A stretch of DNA of 64,000 nt from an uncultured Methanolobus sp. (GTDB taxonomy: Archaea; Halobacteriota; Methanosarcinia; Methanosarcinales; Methanosarcinaceae), in contig OY776215.1 of NCBI GenBank assembly GCA_963675495.1, positions 2,496,001-2,560,000 of the forward strand. The letters are read 5' to 3'. A model generated the notes under the pieces. The model was not told the DNA's origin and ran no database searches. It worked only from the letters and a program-made list of their open reading frames with translations. Shown piece by piece: positions 40,677 to 51,081 of the stretch. The stretch's first letter is position 1. Each line of letters starts with the position of its first letter. The position numbers and the translations under genes were made by a program.

Positions 40677-41409
40677 GTCCAATTTCTACGATCTGAACAT
40701 CTATTCTGAACCTGAAGGTAAAAATACGATTGAAGAAATGGCTACTCTTTCAAAGCATTTTTGCTATAAGGGTATTGCTATTACCAATTCTTCAAAATCG
40801 TGTTCTCCTGTAAGGTCTACTTGTTTCGGTGACTTTGAGGTTTTCAGTGGAGTTGAACTGAATGTGGATAATGCTTCAAAGTTGCATGGACTTATAGGCA
40901 AATATCGAAAAATGGTCGATGTTATTATTGTCCATGGTGGCAGTGAAAGCATAAACCGGGCGGCTGTAGAAAATTCTAATGTAGATGTCCTTTCTAATTT
41001 TGGATCCTTAAAGGACAATGGATTTAATCATGTACTTGCCAAGTCTGCAAATGAGAATGATGTGGCAATTTCTTTCGATCTCGGTGACATCATAAGTTAT
41101 CGTGGTGGTAGAAGGGTAAAGGCATTGTCTAATTTCAGAAAGGACCTGAAACTTGTACGCAAGTATGATGTTCCTTTTTTGCTCACCAGCAATGCAAGGT
41201 CATGTTATGACTTGCGTGCTCCTCAAGAGTTGATTGCCCTTGCTGGGCTTTTTGGCATGACGCGTGAAGAAGCTATTTGTGGCCTTTCTGCTACTCCGGA
41301 ATCTATTATATCAAGGAACCGTCCTTCTGCTAATTACGTTTTTGAAGGCGTGGAAATCGTCAGTGACCACTTAGGTGCTTCTTTTTTGAGTGACGGTGAT
41401 GATGTATGA
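40669..41409 (+). CDS. rnp3: RNase P protein component 3 (Rpp30)
   Basis: FYDLN, NRAAVE, NHVLAK and LTSNA..YDLRAP; start set at TTG 40669. Confidence 0.9.
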   Translation: MARSNFYDLNIYSEPEGKNTIEEMATLSKHFCYKGIAITNSSKSCSPVRSTCFGDFEVFSGVELNVDNASKLHGLIGKYRKMVDVIIVHGGSESINRAAVENSNVDVLSNFGSLKDNGFNHVLAKSANENDVAISFDLGDIISYRGGRRVKALSNFRKDLKLVRKYDVPFLLTSNARSCYDLRAPQELIALAGLFGMTREEAICGLSATPESIISRNRPSANYVFEGVEIVSDHLGASFLSDGDDV

Positions 41410-41771
41410 AGGTACTCCCTCCTACAATGCGGGAAAATAAAAGGTATCTTGCATTTGAACTTATAGCTGAGGGCCAGGTGACTAGGGACGAATTGATAAG
41501 GGAGATATTCTCCGCGTCAGGCAGTTTGCTTGGTGATCTTGGTTCGAGTGAATGTAACATATGGCTTTTTGCCTTCGATGACCTTAAAGGTGTAGTCAGT
41601 TGTGAGCGGGAACATGTATGGCAAACACGTGCTGCTCTTGCTACAATTACCAACGTAAAAGGGAAAAAAGTCAGTTTTCATATTCTGGGTGTGTCGGGTA
41701 CGGTTCTTGGAGCAACAAAAAAGTATTTAGAGGGTGTAGATGTATTTACCCCGAAGAACAGTCACATATAA
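41406..41771 (+). CDS. rnp2: RNase P protein component 2 (Pop5)
   Basis: LPPTMRENKRYLAFE and GVSGT motifs. Confidence 0.92.
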   Translation: MKVLPPTMRENKRYLAFELIAEGQVTRDELIREIFSASGSLLGDLGSSECNIWLFAFDDLKGVVSCEREHVWQTRAALATITNVKGKKVSFHILGVSGTVLGATKKYLEGVDVFTPKNSHI

Positions 41772-41850
41772 ATGAATAGAAAGCATATTTCAGTTAGTTA
41801 TCGTATATATTCTATTATTATTCATAAATAAATTAGGAGATGAAGTGAAG

Positions 41851-42639
41851 ATGCAAATGACACCACAGATGGGATATGATCGTGCCATTACTGTTTTTAG
41901 TCCAGACGGACGTCTCTTTCAGGTAGAATATGCAAGAGAGGCAGTTAAGAGGGGTACAACCGCAGCAGGAATCAAAGCGAAGGATGGTGTGGTATTGCTT
42001 GTGGACAAAAGAATCACAAGCAGGTTGATAGAAGCTGAATCCATTGAGAAGATCTTCCAGATAGATGATCACATTGGTGTTGCTACTTCAGGACTGGTAG
42101 CAGATGCTCGTGCTCTTGTAGACCGGGCAAGGGTAGAGGCTCAGGTAAATATGGTATCATATGATGAGCCAATAGGGGTTGAAGTGATTGCCAAGAAAAT
42201 TTGCGATCACAAACAGACATATACTCAGTATGGTGGTGTCCGTCCTTACGGTACTGCTCTTCTGATAGCAGGTGTTGATGATTCCAGACCACGCCTGTTC
42301 GAAACTGATCCAAGCGGTGCATTGCTTGAATACAAGGCAACAGCTATTGGGGCTAGTAGAAATGCCTTTATGGAAATATTTGAGTCAGATTACCAGACTG
42401 ATATGGATATTGATGCTGCTATCATGCTGGGTATGAAAGCGCTCTACACTTCAACAGAAGGAAAGATAGATGCATCTACTCTGGAACTTGGTGCTGTGAC
42501 CCTTGATGATCGTCAGTTCAGAAAGCTGTCTGAAGAAGAAGTTGAAACGTATGTTTCAAGAGTTCGTGAAGAACTTAAAGGTACAGAGGAAGAAGAAAAG
42601 AAAGATGACCCTGAAAGTCAGGACGAAACCACTGAATAA
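41851..42639 (+). CDS. psmA: Proteasome subunit alpha
   Basis: [21 protein letters not shown]; acidic C-terminal tail. Confidence 0.98.
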   Translation: MQMTPQMGYDRAITVFSPDGRLFQVEYAREAVKRGTTAAGIKAKDGVVLLVDKRITSRLIEAESIEKIFQIDDHIGVATSGLVADARALVDRARVEAQVNMVSYDEPIGVEVIAKKICDHKQTYTQYGGVRPYGTALLIAGVDDSRPRLFETDPSGALLEYKATAIGASRNAFMEIFESDYQTDMDIDAAIMLGMKALYTSTEGKIDASTLELGAVTLDDRQFRKLSEEEVETYVSRVREELKGTEEEEKKDDPESQDETTE

Positions 42640-42671
42640 ATCTAGTATTTTATGTCATGGGGTGAATTAAT

Positions 42672-43364
42672 ATGGTATCACTTGATGAGTCTGTGATCGC
42701 AAGACTCAAGAAAGGAAAGAATCATTTCGAAGTCTTTGTTGAACCTGAGGGTGCATTTGCCTTGAAAAGGGGCGAGAAACTCGATATGGGGAGTATAATC
42801 GCTGTAGAGACTATATTCTATGATGCTCATCAAGGTGACCAGGCTGGGGAATCTGATATTGTTAATACTTTTGGTACTAATAATGTACTGGAGGTAGCTG
42901 AGCAGATCATTTTGCACGGTGAGCTACAGCTGACCAAAGAACAAAGAAAGCGTATTTTGGAAGAGAAGACAAGGCAAGTCATAACTTTTATTGCGCAAAA
43001 TGCTATTAATCCCCAGACAAAAGCTCCCCATCCACCTGCCAGAATTGAAAAGGCAATGGAAGAAGCTAAAGTCCATATAGATCCTATCAAAGGCGTTGAT
43101 GATCAGGTAAATATTGTCATGAAAGCCATTCGTCCGATAATACCTATAAGGTTCGAAGAAGTCGATGTTGCTGTAAGGATTCCGGGTGAATACGCAGCAA
43201 AAGCTTATGGGGACATCGCTAAATTTGCAACCCTTATCAAGAATGAATGGCAAAGTGATGGTTCATGGGTGGCAGTTGTAAAAATGCCTGCAGGTCTGCA
43301 GAACGATTTCTATGGCCTTGTCAATCACCTCTCAAAAGGGGATGCTGAAACTAAATTATTATGA
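42672..43364 (+). CDS. Ribosome maturation factor SBDS/Sdo1
   Basis: GELQLT.EQR, INPQT..PHPP.RIE and IPIRFE motifs. Confidence 0.93.
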   Translation: MVSLDESVIARLKKGKNHFEVFVEPEGAFALKRGEKLDMGSIIAVETIFYDAHQGDQAGESDIVNTFGTNNVLEVAEQIILHGELQLTKEQRKRILEEKTRQVITFIAQNAINPQTKAPHPPARIEKAMEEAKVHIDPIKGVDDQVNIVMKAIRPIIPIRFEEVDVAVRIPGEYAAKAYGDIAKFATLIKNEWQSDGSWVAVVKMPAGLQNDFYGLVNHLSKGDAETKLL

Positions 43365-43373
43365 GGCTGCATA

Positions 43374-44150
43374 ATGGAACGTGAAATTGTAATTCCAGGA
43401 CAGCTATTGTCCGAAAACAAGGCTGATTCCGGTCCGGGTACCTATGTAAAGGACGGAAAGGTCTATTCCCTTTTATACGGAGTAAAGAATACTAAAAACA
43501 GGATGTCTGTAATTCCTTTTACCGGGAAATACATTCCATCTCCCAGGGATTATGTTATTGGTACGGTTATTGGGGTAACTCCTTCTAACTGGATATTCAA
43601 TATCAGCTCTCCATATGATGGCCTGTTGCATGTGTCGGAGTATCCCAGACGTGTGGAATCTGACAAAATGTCGGGAATTATGGGTGTTGGTAGTTCGGCT
43701 TTGCTTCGCATAAAAGATGTAAATTCATCCATGAAGGTAGAATTAAGCATGAGAGAACGTGGTCTGAGGGCTCTTGATATGGGCCGGGTTATAGAAATAA
43801 CTCCTACAAAGGTTCCGCGTATTATAGGGCATGGTGGTTCTATGGTCTCTATGCTTAAGAAAGAAACAAATTGCGAGATATTTGTAGGTCAGAATGGAAG
43901 GATATGGATTAATGGTAATGATGCTGAAATGGACCTTCTCAATGAGGCTATTGAGCTTATAATGAAACATTCTCATACTTCCGGTTTGACGGAGAGGATT
44001 TCTAATTTCTTGAAAAATGAGGATGATATTGTTTCTGAGAAGGATGAAACTGTTTTGGATGATGATCTCGCTGTGGATACGGAAGATGAATGCGAGATCA
44101 GGGAAGAAACCTGCAGAAAAGTTGATGCACTGCTGGATGATGATAATTGA
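43374..44150 (+). CDS. rrp4: Exosome RNA-binding protein Rrp4
   Basis: VIPGQ, S1 domain, KH motif KVPRIIG..GSM and VGQNGRIW. Confidence 0.93.
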   Translation: MEREIVIPGQLLSENKADSGPGTYVKDGKVYSLLYGVKNTKNRMSVIPFTGKYIPSPRDYVIGTVIGVTPSNWIFNISSPYDGLLHVSEYPRRVESDKMSGIMGVGSSALLRIKDVNSSMKVELSMRERGLRALDMGRVIEITPTKVPRIIGHGGSMVSMLKKETNCEIFVGQNGRIWINGNDAEMDLLNEAIELIMKHSHTSGLTERISNFLKNEDDIVSEKDETVLDDDLAVDTEDECEIREETCRKVDALLDDDN

Positions 44151-44207
44151 TCCAGATGTGCCTCTTTTTTATCAACAGGGAAAATGTGCAAACATTGGAG
44201 AATTAAT

Positions 44208-45191
44208 ATGAGTGATAAACCTGAAAAGTTCATTGATGAAAATGGATTGCGTCTCGATGGAAGGCGTATTAATGAGATCAGGCCTATGAAAATGGAGATC
44301 GGTGTTCTCTCCAGGGCTGACGGTTCATGTTATTTGGAATGGGGTAAAAACAAGGTTCTTGCGGCTGTTTATGGTCCAAGGGAACTCCATCCTAGAAGAT
44401 TGCAGAAAGCAGATTCTGCATTGATAAGATATCGTTATAATATGGCAGCTTTCTCTGTGGAGGACCGCATAAGGCCTGGTCCAAGCAGAAGGAGTATCGA
44501 AATATCAAAAGTAAGCCGCGAGGCATTTGAGCCTGTTGTTCTTACACATCTTTATCCTGGTGCTGTTATTGATGTCTTTGCTGAGGTGCTTCAGGCAGAT
44601 GCCGGAACCCGTACAGCAGCTATAAATGCAGCTTCTTTGGCACTTGCAGATGCCGGTATTCCTATGAAGGGGCTTATTTCTGCATGCGCTGTAGGTAAGG
44701 TCGATGGCCAGCTGGTGCTTGACCTTAATAAGCCTGAGGATAACTATGGTGATGCTGATATCCCGATGGCCATGACTTCTGATGGTGAGATCACCCTTTT
44801 GCAGATGGATGGTGATGTTACACAGGAAGAATTCAAAACAGCAATTGAAATGTGTAAAGATGGATGTCGTCAGATCCTTGCAATGCAGCAGGAGACTCTC
44901 AGGAACAAATTTACCAAACTGGAAGAAGTGGAAATCCCTGATGATGAGGAAGATGTCGATGTTTCTGCTATCGTTGAATCTGCATTGGTATCTTCAGAAG
45001 GAAATGAAACGTCTGGTGGCCTTGAAAGCATAGAAGAAGGCGAAATGGAAGATGATATAGAAGATGCCGATACAGAGGATGAAGTTGAATCTGTGGAAGA
45101 GCAAGAGGATTCTTTCCAGGACGTAGATGAAGAGGATATTCCTGAAGACAATGATGAGGATGTCCCCGAAGATGATGAAGAGACTATCTGA
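44208..45191 (+). CDS. rrp41: Exosome exonuclease Rrp41 with long acidic tail
   Basis: RLDGR, ADGS, YGPRE, QADAGTR and EDNYGDAD; start set at ATG 44208. Confidence 0.95.
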   Translation: MSDKPEKFIDENGLRLDGRRINEIRPMKMEIGVLSRADGSCYLEWGKNKVLAAVYGPRELHPRRLQKADSALIRYRYNMAAFSVEDRIRPGPSRRSIEISKVSREAFEPVVLTHLYPGAVIDVFAEVLQADAGTRTAAINAASLALADAGIPMKGLISACAVGKVDGQLVLDLNKPEDNYGDADIPMAMTSDGEITLLQMDGDVTQEEFKTAIEMCKDGCRQILAMQQETLRNKFTKLEEVEIPDDEEDVDVSAIVESALVSSEGNETSGGLESIEEGEMEDDIEDADTEDEVESVEEQEDSFQDVDEEDIPEDNDEDVPEDDEETI

Positions 45192-45205
45192 GGGATGTGG
45201 TAATC

Positions 45206-45988
45206 ATGAGTAATGAATCAATGTCTATACTTAAGAAAGATTATATTTACAACCTTATGCTCAAAGGGAAACGTGATGATGGCCGTAGCTTTGATGAAAT
45301 AAGGGATATAGATCTCAGGACCAATGTAATTGACAAAGCAGAGGGTTCTGCATGGATCAAACTGGGAGATACAGAAATTCTTGTCGGTGTTAAAGTTCAG
45401 ATCGGAACTCCGTTCCCTGACTCTGCTGACCAGGGTGTCATTATCACAAGCATGGAGTTAAATCCAATTGCTTCTCCTAATTTTGAGGCTGGTCCTCCAA
45501 AGGAGAATGCAATAGAGATGGCTCGTGTGACTGACCGGGGTATCCGTGAATCAGGCGCAATTGATTTAAGTAAGTTGTGTATTACGAAGGGAGAAGAAGT
45601 TTGGATGGTATTCATCGATATCCATGTTCTCAATAACTGCGGGAACATTCAGGATGCTGCCTCTCTAGGTGCAATTGCTGCCCTGTTGACCGCCACTGTT
45701 CCTGGTGGACGTGAAGGACGCGGAGAGGACGTGCCTATGCCTATCAGAGATATGCCTGTTGCCATTACACTGGTAGATATCGGCGGCGAGATGATGCTTG
45801 ACCCTGGTCTTGATGAAGAGACTGCATGCGATACCCGCATAACGATAATCTCAAATCAGGATGGTTCTATATCGGGAATGCAAAAGAGCGGTGACGGTGC
45901 ACTTACTGAAGAGCAACTGTTAAAGGCCGTATCCTTGGCATGCCAGAAAGCATCAGAACTGAGGGAAACTCATCTGTTGAATATCTAA
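45206..45988 (+). CDS. rrp42: Exosome subunit Rrp42
   Basis: [27 protein letters not shown] and QKSG. Confidence 0.94.
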   Translation: MSNESMSILKKDYIYNLMLKGKRDDGRSFDEIRDIDLRTNVIDKAEGSAWIKLGDTEILVGVKVQIGTPFPDSADQGVIITSMELNPIASPNFEAGPPKENAIEMARVTDRGIRESGAIDLSKLCITKGEEVWMVFIDIHVLNNCGNIQDAASLGAIAALLTATVPGGREGRGEDVPMPIRDMPVAITLVDIGGEMMLDPGLDEETACDTRITIISNQDGSISGMQKSGDGALTEEQLLKAVSLACQKASELRETHLLNI

Positions 45989-46040
45989 ACAGAAAGATTC
46001 AATATCATTAATTTCACACCATTTCAAGGAGATAAGATTC

Positions 46041-46328
46041 ATGGCAAAAAAGTATACGAGAAAAGGGCGAGTGTCCAGATCAGCTGGTAGGTTTGGTACA
46101 CGATATGGTAGGAAGGACCGTAAATTAGTAGCGGACCTTGAAGAAAAGATGCGTATGCCTCACAAGTGCTCAAAATGTGCACGTCCTACCGTCAAGAGAA
46201 TAGGCACAGGTATATGGAAATGTACAAAATGTGACTATACCTTTGCAGGTGGAACTTTCCTGCCTCAGACCAATGTAGGTAAGACAGTTACACGTTCAGT
46301 TAAGAAAGCAACAGAAGCACTCGAGTAG
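46041..46328 (+). CDS. rpl37ae: 50S ribosomal protein L37ae (eL43)
   Basis: GRFGTRYG and a CxxC...GIWKCxxC zinc ribbon; ends in TAG. Confidence 0.96.
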   Translation: MAKKYTRKGRVSRSAGRFGTRYGRKDRKLVADLEEKMRMPHKCSKCARPTVKRIGTGIWKCTKCDYTFAGGTFLPQTNVGKTVTRSVKKATEALE

Positions 46329-46334
46329 GTGAGT

Positions 46335-46472
46335 ATGGCCTATAAATGTACAAGATGCAAAAGAAATGTTGAGATCGATTATGAGTATACTGGTATCCGC
46401 TGCCCATACTGTGGACACCGTATTCTTGTGAAAGAACGTCCAACATCCATCAAACGCATCAAAGCAGAGTAA
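46335..46472 (+). CDS. rpoP: DNA-directed RNA polymerase subunit P (Rpo12)
   Basis: Not in the ORF track (45 aa): [45 protein letters not shown]; AGGTGA SD. Confidence 0.95.
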   Translation: MAYKCTRCKRNVEIDYEYTGIRCPYCGHRILVKERPTSIKRIKAE

Positions 46473-46478
46473 GAAGCG

Positions 46479-46952
46479 ATGTTAATCACTTCTTCTCGCA
46501 AACCTTCTGCCAGCACGCGTACATTATGTAAGCATCTGGCATCTTTTTTCGGTTGTGAATATGCCAACCGTGGTAAGATGGGTATGGGAGAGGCTTTAGC
46601 CCTTTCTCATTACACTCCTCTGCTCATAGTAGGCGAATATCACGGCAACCCAGGTAGTATGGTTTTTTATGATCATGAGGGTTACTGTGTATTGTCACTT
46701 CATATTTCGATGTTATCTGCGGTTTTTTCATATCCTCGAAAGTCCGGTGTAATTCCTTCAATTAGGGGGGATGGCGAGCTTGTATCAGTTGTATCTGACA
46801 TTCTCTATCCTGATTGCCCAAAGGATTCTTCGGTTTCATTATCGATGGATATTTCCGGGGATAGAATAAATTTTAAAGAACAGGAAAAAGTGCTGTTCAG
46901 TCTGAGGATAAAAAGTCATAGAATATATAGTGGTGATGAAAATTGCTCTTAA
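46479..46952 (+). CDS. Brix-domain ribosome biogenesis protein
   Basis: MLITSSRKPS..TR, NRGK and HGNPG. Confidence 0.88.
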   Translation: MLITSSRKPSASTRTLCKHLASFFGCEYANRGKMGMGEALALSHYTPLLIVGEYHGNPGSMVFYDHEGYCVLSLHISMLSAVFSYPRKSGVIPSIRGDGELVSVVSDILYPDCPKDSSVSLSMDISGDRINFKEQEKVLFSLRIKSHRIYSGDENCS

Positions 46953-47179
46953 TCACCAATTCTGTATTTGAAACGCCTGCAGCTCCGTTTATTTATCGTT
47001 CCCTGAAGCCTGAACTTGAGACAATGATAACTGACCGGTCTTCTGTTGATATACTCTTTGAAGGTACCTCTCTTTATCTCACCGTTAGATCTGACGACCT
47101 TGTTTCCATGCGCTCAACTCTTAACACATGGCTACGCTTAATTCAGGTTGCATCTGAGACAGCATCCTGTCTGGTATGA
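46943..47179 (+). CDS. pcc1: KEOPS complex subunit Pcc1
   Basis: SLKPE...DRS...DLVSMRSTLNTWLRLI; conserved gene position. Confidence 0.82.
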   Translation: MLLITNSVFETPAAPFIYRSLKPELETMITDRSSVDILFEGTSLYLTVRSDDLVSMRSTLNTWLRLIQVASETASCLV

Positions 47180-47320
47180 TTAGATTTGACTAATATGTCC
47201 CTTCATTTTTCGCTTTCTATTTTGTATGTGTATCATCTCTTTACATCGTTGTTTATTGCTTCTATGTACATAGAAACATTAAAATCACTTTAGGTTTATT
47301 GATATGCCAGGTGAAACCAA

Positions 47321-47674
47321 ATGAGTACACAAATACCCCCACAGATACAGAACCAAATAGCTCAGTTGCAGCAGGTTCAGCAGCAGGCGCAGTCCTTGGC
47401 TATGCAAAAATCTCAAATAGAGTCCTTGCAAAAAGAATCTGAAATGGCACTGGAGGAGCTGGATAAACTTCCTGAAGATGTTGTTGTTTATCGCAGCATA
47501 GGTGAATTACAGATAAAGTCCAGCAAGGAGGAATCCGTTTCTAAATTAAACGAAAAGGTCGAGACACTTTCACTCAGAATACAATCAATTTCAAGGCAGG
47601 AAGAAAGAGTCTCTAAACGTTTCACACAACTTCAGGAACAGATTGAACAATCTATGGGGAACCAGGCTCAATAA
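47321..47674 (+). CDS. pfdB: Prefoldin subunit beta
   Basis: IPPQIQ, Gln-rich coiled coil and VYRSIG beta hairpin. Confidence 0.93.
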   Translation: MSTQIPPQIQNQIAQLQQVQQQAQSLAMQKSQIESLQKESEMALEELDKLPEDVVVYRSIGELQIKSSKEESVSKLNEKVETLSLRIQSISRQEERVSKRFTQLQEQIEQSMGNQAQ

Positions 47675-47735
47675 GCCTATTTCCTATGCTGATGACATTA
47701 TCACTGTAAAAGGGTGATAATGTTCAGAGGTTTCC

Positions 47736-48734
47736 ATGCAAGTTGAAGAAACGGAGTTTTTTAATAAACTTCTGGATTACAATAATATTCTTTATCTTTG
47801 CCATCGGAATGCTGATCCAGATGCAGTGAGCAGTGCGTTTGCTCTTTCTGAGGCACTGGGCGGGACAATCGGTCTTGTGGATGGATGCAACAGGGTTGCT
47901 TCACTTATTATAGATAAACTCAACATTGATGTTGTTGAAAAACCCGATCCATCTGAGTATGATATTACTTTGGTAGTTGACACTTCTACTAGTTCGCAGC
48001 TCAATGATATCAAGCTTGGTAAATATTGTGTGATCGATCACCATGCTACTACAGCTTTAATTGAAAATGCCGAATTCTATCTTCATCGTCATGCAACATC
48101 CACTGCAGAAATGGTATTCGGTATTCTGCAATCCATGGGTGCTCCCATCATGCGTCGCACTGCCATGGGTCTTTTGACCGGTATAATTACTGATACAGGA
48201 CACTTTAAACATGCCACACAGGAAACTTTCAAGACGGTTTCCGAGATAATAGCTGCCAGCGGAGTGGAGTATGCTGATGTACTGGAAATGATGGCTGCAA
48301 CTCCTCAGGATATATCAATGCGCATCGCAATGCTAAAATGTGCAACAAGAGCAACCATTGAAAGAGTTGATGACTGGCTGCTAGTTGACTCTCACGTAAA
48401 TTCATTTGGAGGTGCTGCTTCATCTATGTTCCTTAACGTTGGTGCAGACGTTGCCCTCATCGGTACTTCACGTGATGCCAATATAAGGGTCAGCGGAAGA
48501 GCTAAGCGTGAAGCAGTTGCAGCAGGTGTGAATCTGGGTAAGATAATGGAAGATATTAGTAAGAACTATGATGGTACCGGAGGAGGACATGCAGGAGCTG
48601 CTGGCATAGATGTAGTTGCTGATATGGATACCATTATTTTTGAATGCAAATATAGGATACGTGATATCCTCAGAGGGAAAGCTAACCCTTCGATATGTGA
48701 TTCATTGAACGAAGAATCTCAAAAATCAGAATAA
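47736..48734 (+). CDS. DHH/DHHA1 phosphoesterase
   Basis: HRNADPDA, VVDT, IDHH, DTGHF and GGGHAGAAG. Confidence 0.92.
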   Translation: MQVEETEFFNKLLDYNNILYLCHRNADPDAVSSAFALSEALGGTIGLVDGCNRVASLIIDKLNIDVVEKPDPSEYDITLVVDTSTSSQLNDIKLGKYCVIDHHATTALIENAEFYLHRHATSTAEMVFGILQSMGAPIMRRTAMGLLTGIITDTGHFKHATQETFKTVSEIIAASGVEYADVLEMMAATPQDISMRIAMLKCATRATIERVDDWLLVDSHVNSFGGAASSMFLNVGADVALIGTSRDANIRVSGRAKREAVAAGVNLGKIMEDISKNYDGTGGGHAGAAGIDVVADMDTIIFECKYRIRDILRGKANPSICDSLNEESQKSE

Positions 48735-48753
48735 TCTAATAAAGGGCGATTAG

Positions 48754-50058
48754 ATGATAGAGTACTGGAACCCATTGGTTGAAAGGATGCCAGTTGAAGA
48801 ACTGGATAGAATGCAGGAAAAGAAACTAAAAAATCTGGTAAGTTATGTGTACCAGCATTCGGATTTCTATAAAAAGAAATTCGATGATGCAGGTGTTAAG
48901 CCTGAGGATATCCAGTCAATGGATGATCTGAATAAGTTACCATTTACATATAAATCAGACCTCAGGGACACATATCCAACAGGTATGTTCTGTGTGCCCA
49001 ATGAACAGCTCGTTCGTTTCCATGTTTCTTCAGGAACAACCGGGAAACCTACGGTAGTCGGATACACTCGTAACGACATCAATGAATGGGCTACATCTCT
49101 TGCAAGGGCACTTACATCAATTGGTGTCGGACGCGGTGATGTTGTCCAGATAAGTTATGGATACGGCCTTTTTACAGGTGGTCTCGGCTTGCACTATGGT
49201 GCTGAAGAGGTAGGTTGCACAGTTCTTCCGACAAGTTCCGGAAACACTGAAAAGCAGTTGGATCTCATGCAGGACCTTAACTCCAGTGTAATGGCATGCA
49301 CTCCTTCTTACTTCCTTTTCATGAATGAGGTTGCAAACCAGAACGGTCTGAGCATAAAGAATGATACTCAACTTCGTGTGGGTATATTTGGTGCAGAGCC
49401 CTGGTCCGAGGAAATGCGAGCCAGAATAGAGGAAGCTACGGGTATCAAAGCTTATGATATATATGGTACATCCGAACTCAGTGGACCTCTTTGCACAGAA
49501 TGTCAATATCAGGATGGTATACATATCTGGGCAGACCAGTTCCTGATCGAGGTCATTGATCCTGAAACAGGAGAGCAGCTTGCAGAAGGTGAGCGTGGAG
49601 AGCTTGTGATTACCACACTGGCCAAAGAAGCACTTCCACTTATTAGGTATCGTATCGGTGATATTACAGTTATCAATAAACAGCCATGTGAATGTGGGCG
49701 TACTCATCCTCGTATCATGAGGGTTCTGGGGCGTGCAGATGATATGCTTATTGTCCGTGGTATCAACGTTTTCCCTGGACAGGTGGAATCCGTTCTCATG
49801 AATATTCCGGAAGTTGGCGAGCATTTCATGATAGTTGTTGACAGAGTCAATGAACTTGATATCATAAAGGTTCAGATCGAGATGACTGATGAGGCGTTCA
49901 GCGATAAGGTCAATGATATCATCTCACTGGAAAAGAAAGTTGGAGCCGCACTGAAAAATGTGCTCAATCTTGCTGTGAAGGTGGAACTTGTTGAAAAAGG
50001 AACTATTCCAAGATCAATGGGTAAAGCCAAGAAAGTAATAGACAACAGAAAGTTATAA
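48754..50058 (+). CDS. paaK: Phenylacetate--CoA ligase family protein
   Basis: SSGTTGKP, YGLFTGG, GAEPW, DIYGTSE and GRADDM. Confidence 0.9.
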   Translation: MIEYWNPLVERMPVEELDRMQEKKLKNLVSYVYQHSDFYKKKFDDAGVKPEDIQSMDDLNKLPFTYKSDLRDTYPTGMFCVPNEQLVRFHVSSGTTGKPTVVGYTRNDINEWATSLARALTSIGVGRGDVVQISYGYGLFTGGLGLHYGAEEVGCTVLPTSSGNTEKQLDLMQDLNSSVMACTPSYFLFMNEVANQNGLSIKNDTQLRVGIFGAEPWSEEMRARIEEATGIKAYDIYGTSELSGPLCTECQYQDGIHIWADQFLIEVIDPETGEQLAEGERGELVITTLAKEALPLIRYRIGDITVINKQPCECGRTHPRIMRVLGRADDMLIVRGINVFPGQVESVLMNIPEVGEHFMIVVDRVNELDIIKVQIEMTDEAFSDKVNDIISLEKKVGAALKNVLNLAVKVELVEKGTIPRSMGKAKKVIDNRKL

Positions 50059-50104
50059 TATTTACTAGGACAACATAACTTTTAATAAAATTGCAGGTGC
50101 TAAT

Positions 50105-50542
50105 ATGGAAGAGAAGATCATCAAACAAATATCCCTTTTTGCTGAGAACAAACCTGGCCGTCTTGCGAACATCGCAGAGAATTTCAGAAAGGCTGGCATC
50201 AATATCAGGGCATTCACCATAGCCGAAGCAGGAGACTTTGGAATCATCAGGATGGTCGTTGATAAACCGGATGCAGCACATGAAGTTCTTCATGATGCAG
50301 GTTTCACTGTTTCCGAAACCAATGTGATGGGTGTGGAAATGCAAGACATACCTGGTGGTCTGGGGAAAATAGCAGATGTTCTTGGTGAGCAGAGTATAAA
50401 TATTGATTATGCATACGCTTTCGTCACAAAGACGGAGAAAGCTCTCCTGATTCTAAGGGTCAGTGACATCGAGGGAGCTATCAGGATTCTTCATGATGCA
50501 GGTGTCAAGCTTATAGACATGGCTGATATTCAGGAGATATGA
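50105..50542 (+). CDS. Tandem ACT-domain protein
   Basis: QISLFAENKPGRL...GINIRA and D.PGGL..INIDYAY; a usual neighbour of paaK. Confidence 0.9.
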   Translation: MEEKIIKQISLFAENKPGRLANIAENFRKAGINIRAFTIAEAGDFGIIRMVVDKPDAAHEVLHDAGFTVSETNVMGVEMQDIPGGLGKIADVLGEQSINIDYAYAFVTKTEKALLILRVSDIEGAIRILHDAGVKLIDMADIQEI

Positions 50543-50721
50543 TATCCTGAATATTGTTCTTTATTTTATTCTTTTTACTATCTTTAATAGGTCTACAAAA
50601 TTATTGCTCATTTTAGATTTTAAACAAGATTCAATCCCTATATTTATCTCTCAACTTTTCAGTGATGTTTATAAACTTCAACCACCACAATTTTATAGTA
50701 TCTGCTGACATTCCCCTTGAA

Positions 50722-51069
50722 ATGACTGATACTATCAATGCAAATGGGGTTAATAAACCGAAATCCAAACTTGGCGGTTCCCATAGTACCATAATTGGTG
50801 GTCGAAGTGGTAAGAAGGTAGTATCTATGTTGAGTCAGCATTCTGAGATTAAAAAGATAATACCTTCGGTTATTACTGTAAAAGGAAAAGGTAATTCAGG
50901 AGGTATGCTGACTGCCCGCGTGCAAAGACCTGATGACCGGGGTAATCTGAGGCTGCTTCTTTCTCGTGGTACTTCCTTCCAGGAACTGCGCTTAGTAACT
51001 ACTGTTGGCAGTTTTACAGAAGGGGAGCGTATCATGGAAGAACTCAATTTATTATTGATTGATGATTAA
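50722..51069 (+). CDS. DUF2103-family protein
   Basis: KLGGSHSTIIGGR..G, IKKIIP and QELRLVTT; start set at ATG 50722. Confidence 0.75.
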   Translation: MTDTINANGVNKPKSKLGGSHSTIIGGRSGKKVVSMLSQHSEIKKIIPSVITVKGKGNSGGMLTARVQRPDDRGNLRLLLSRGTSFQELRLVTTVGSFTEGERIMEELNLLLIDD

Positions 51070-51081
51070 AGGTGGTATATT

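Noticed and set aside
46379-46567. 62-aa minus-strand ORF containing CPQYG
   Set aside because: Antisense shadow of rpoP and the Brix gene; the real gene is rpoP on the plus strand.
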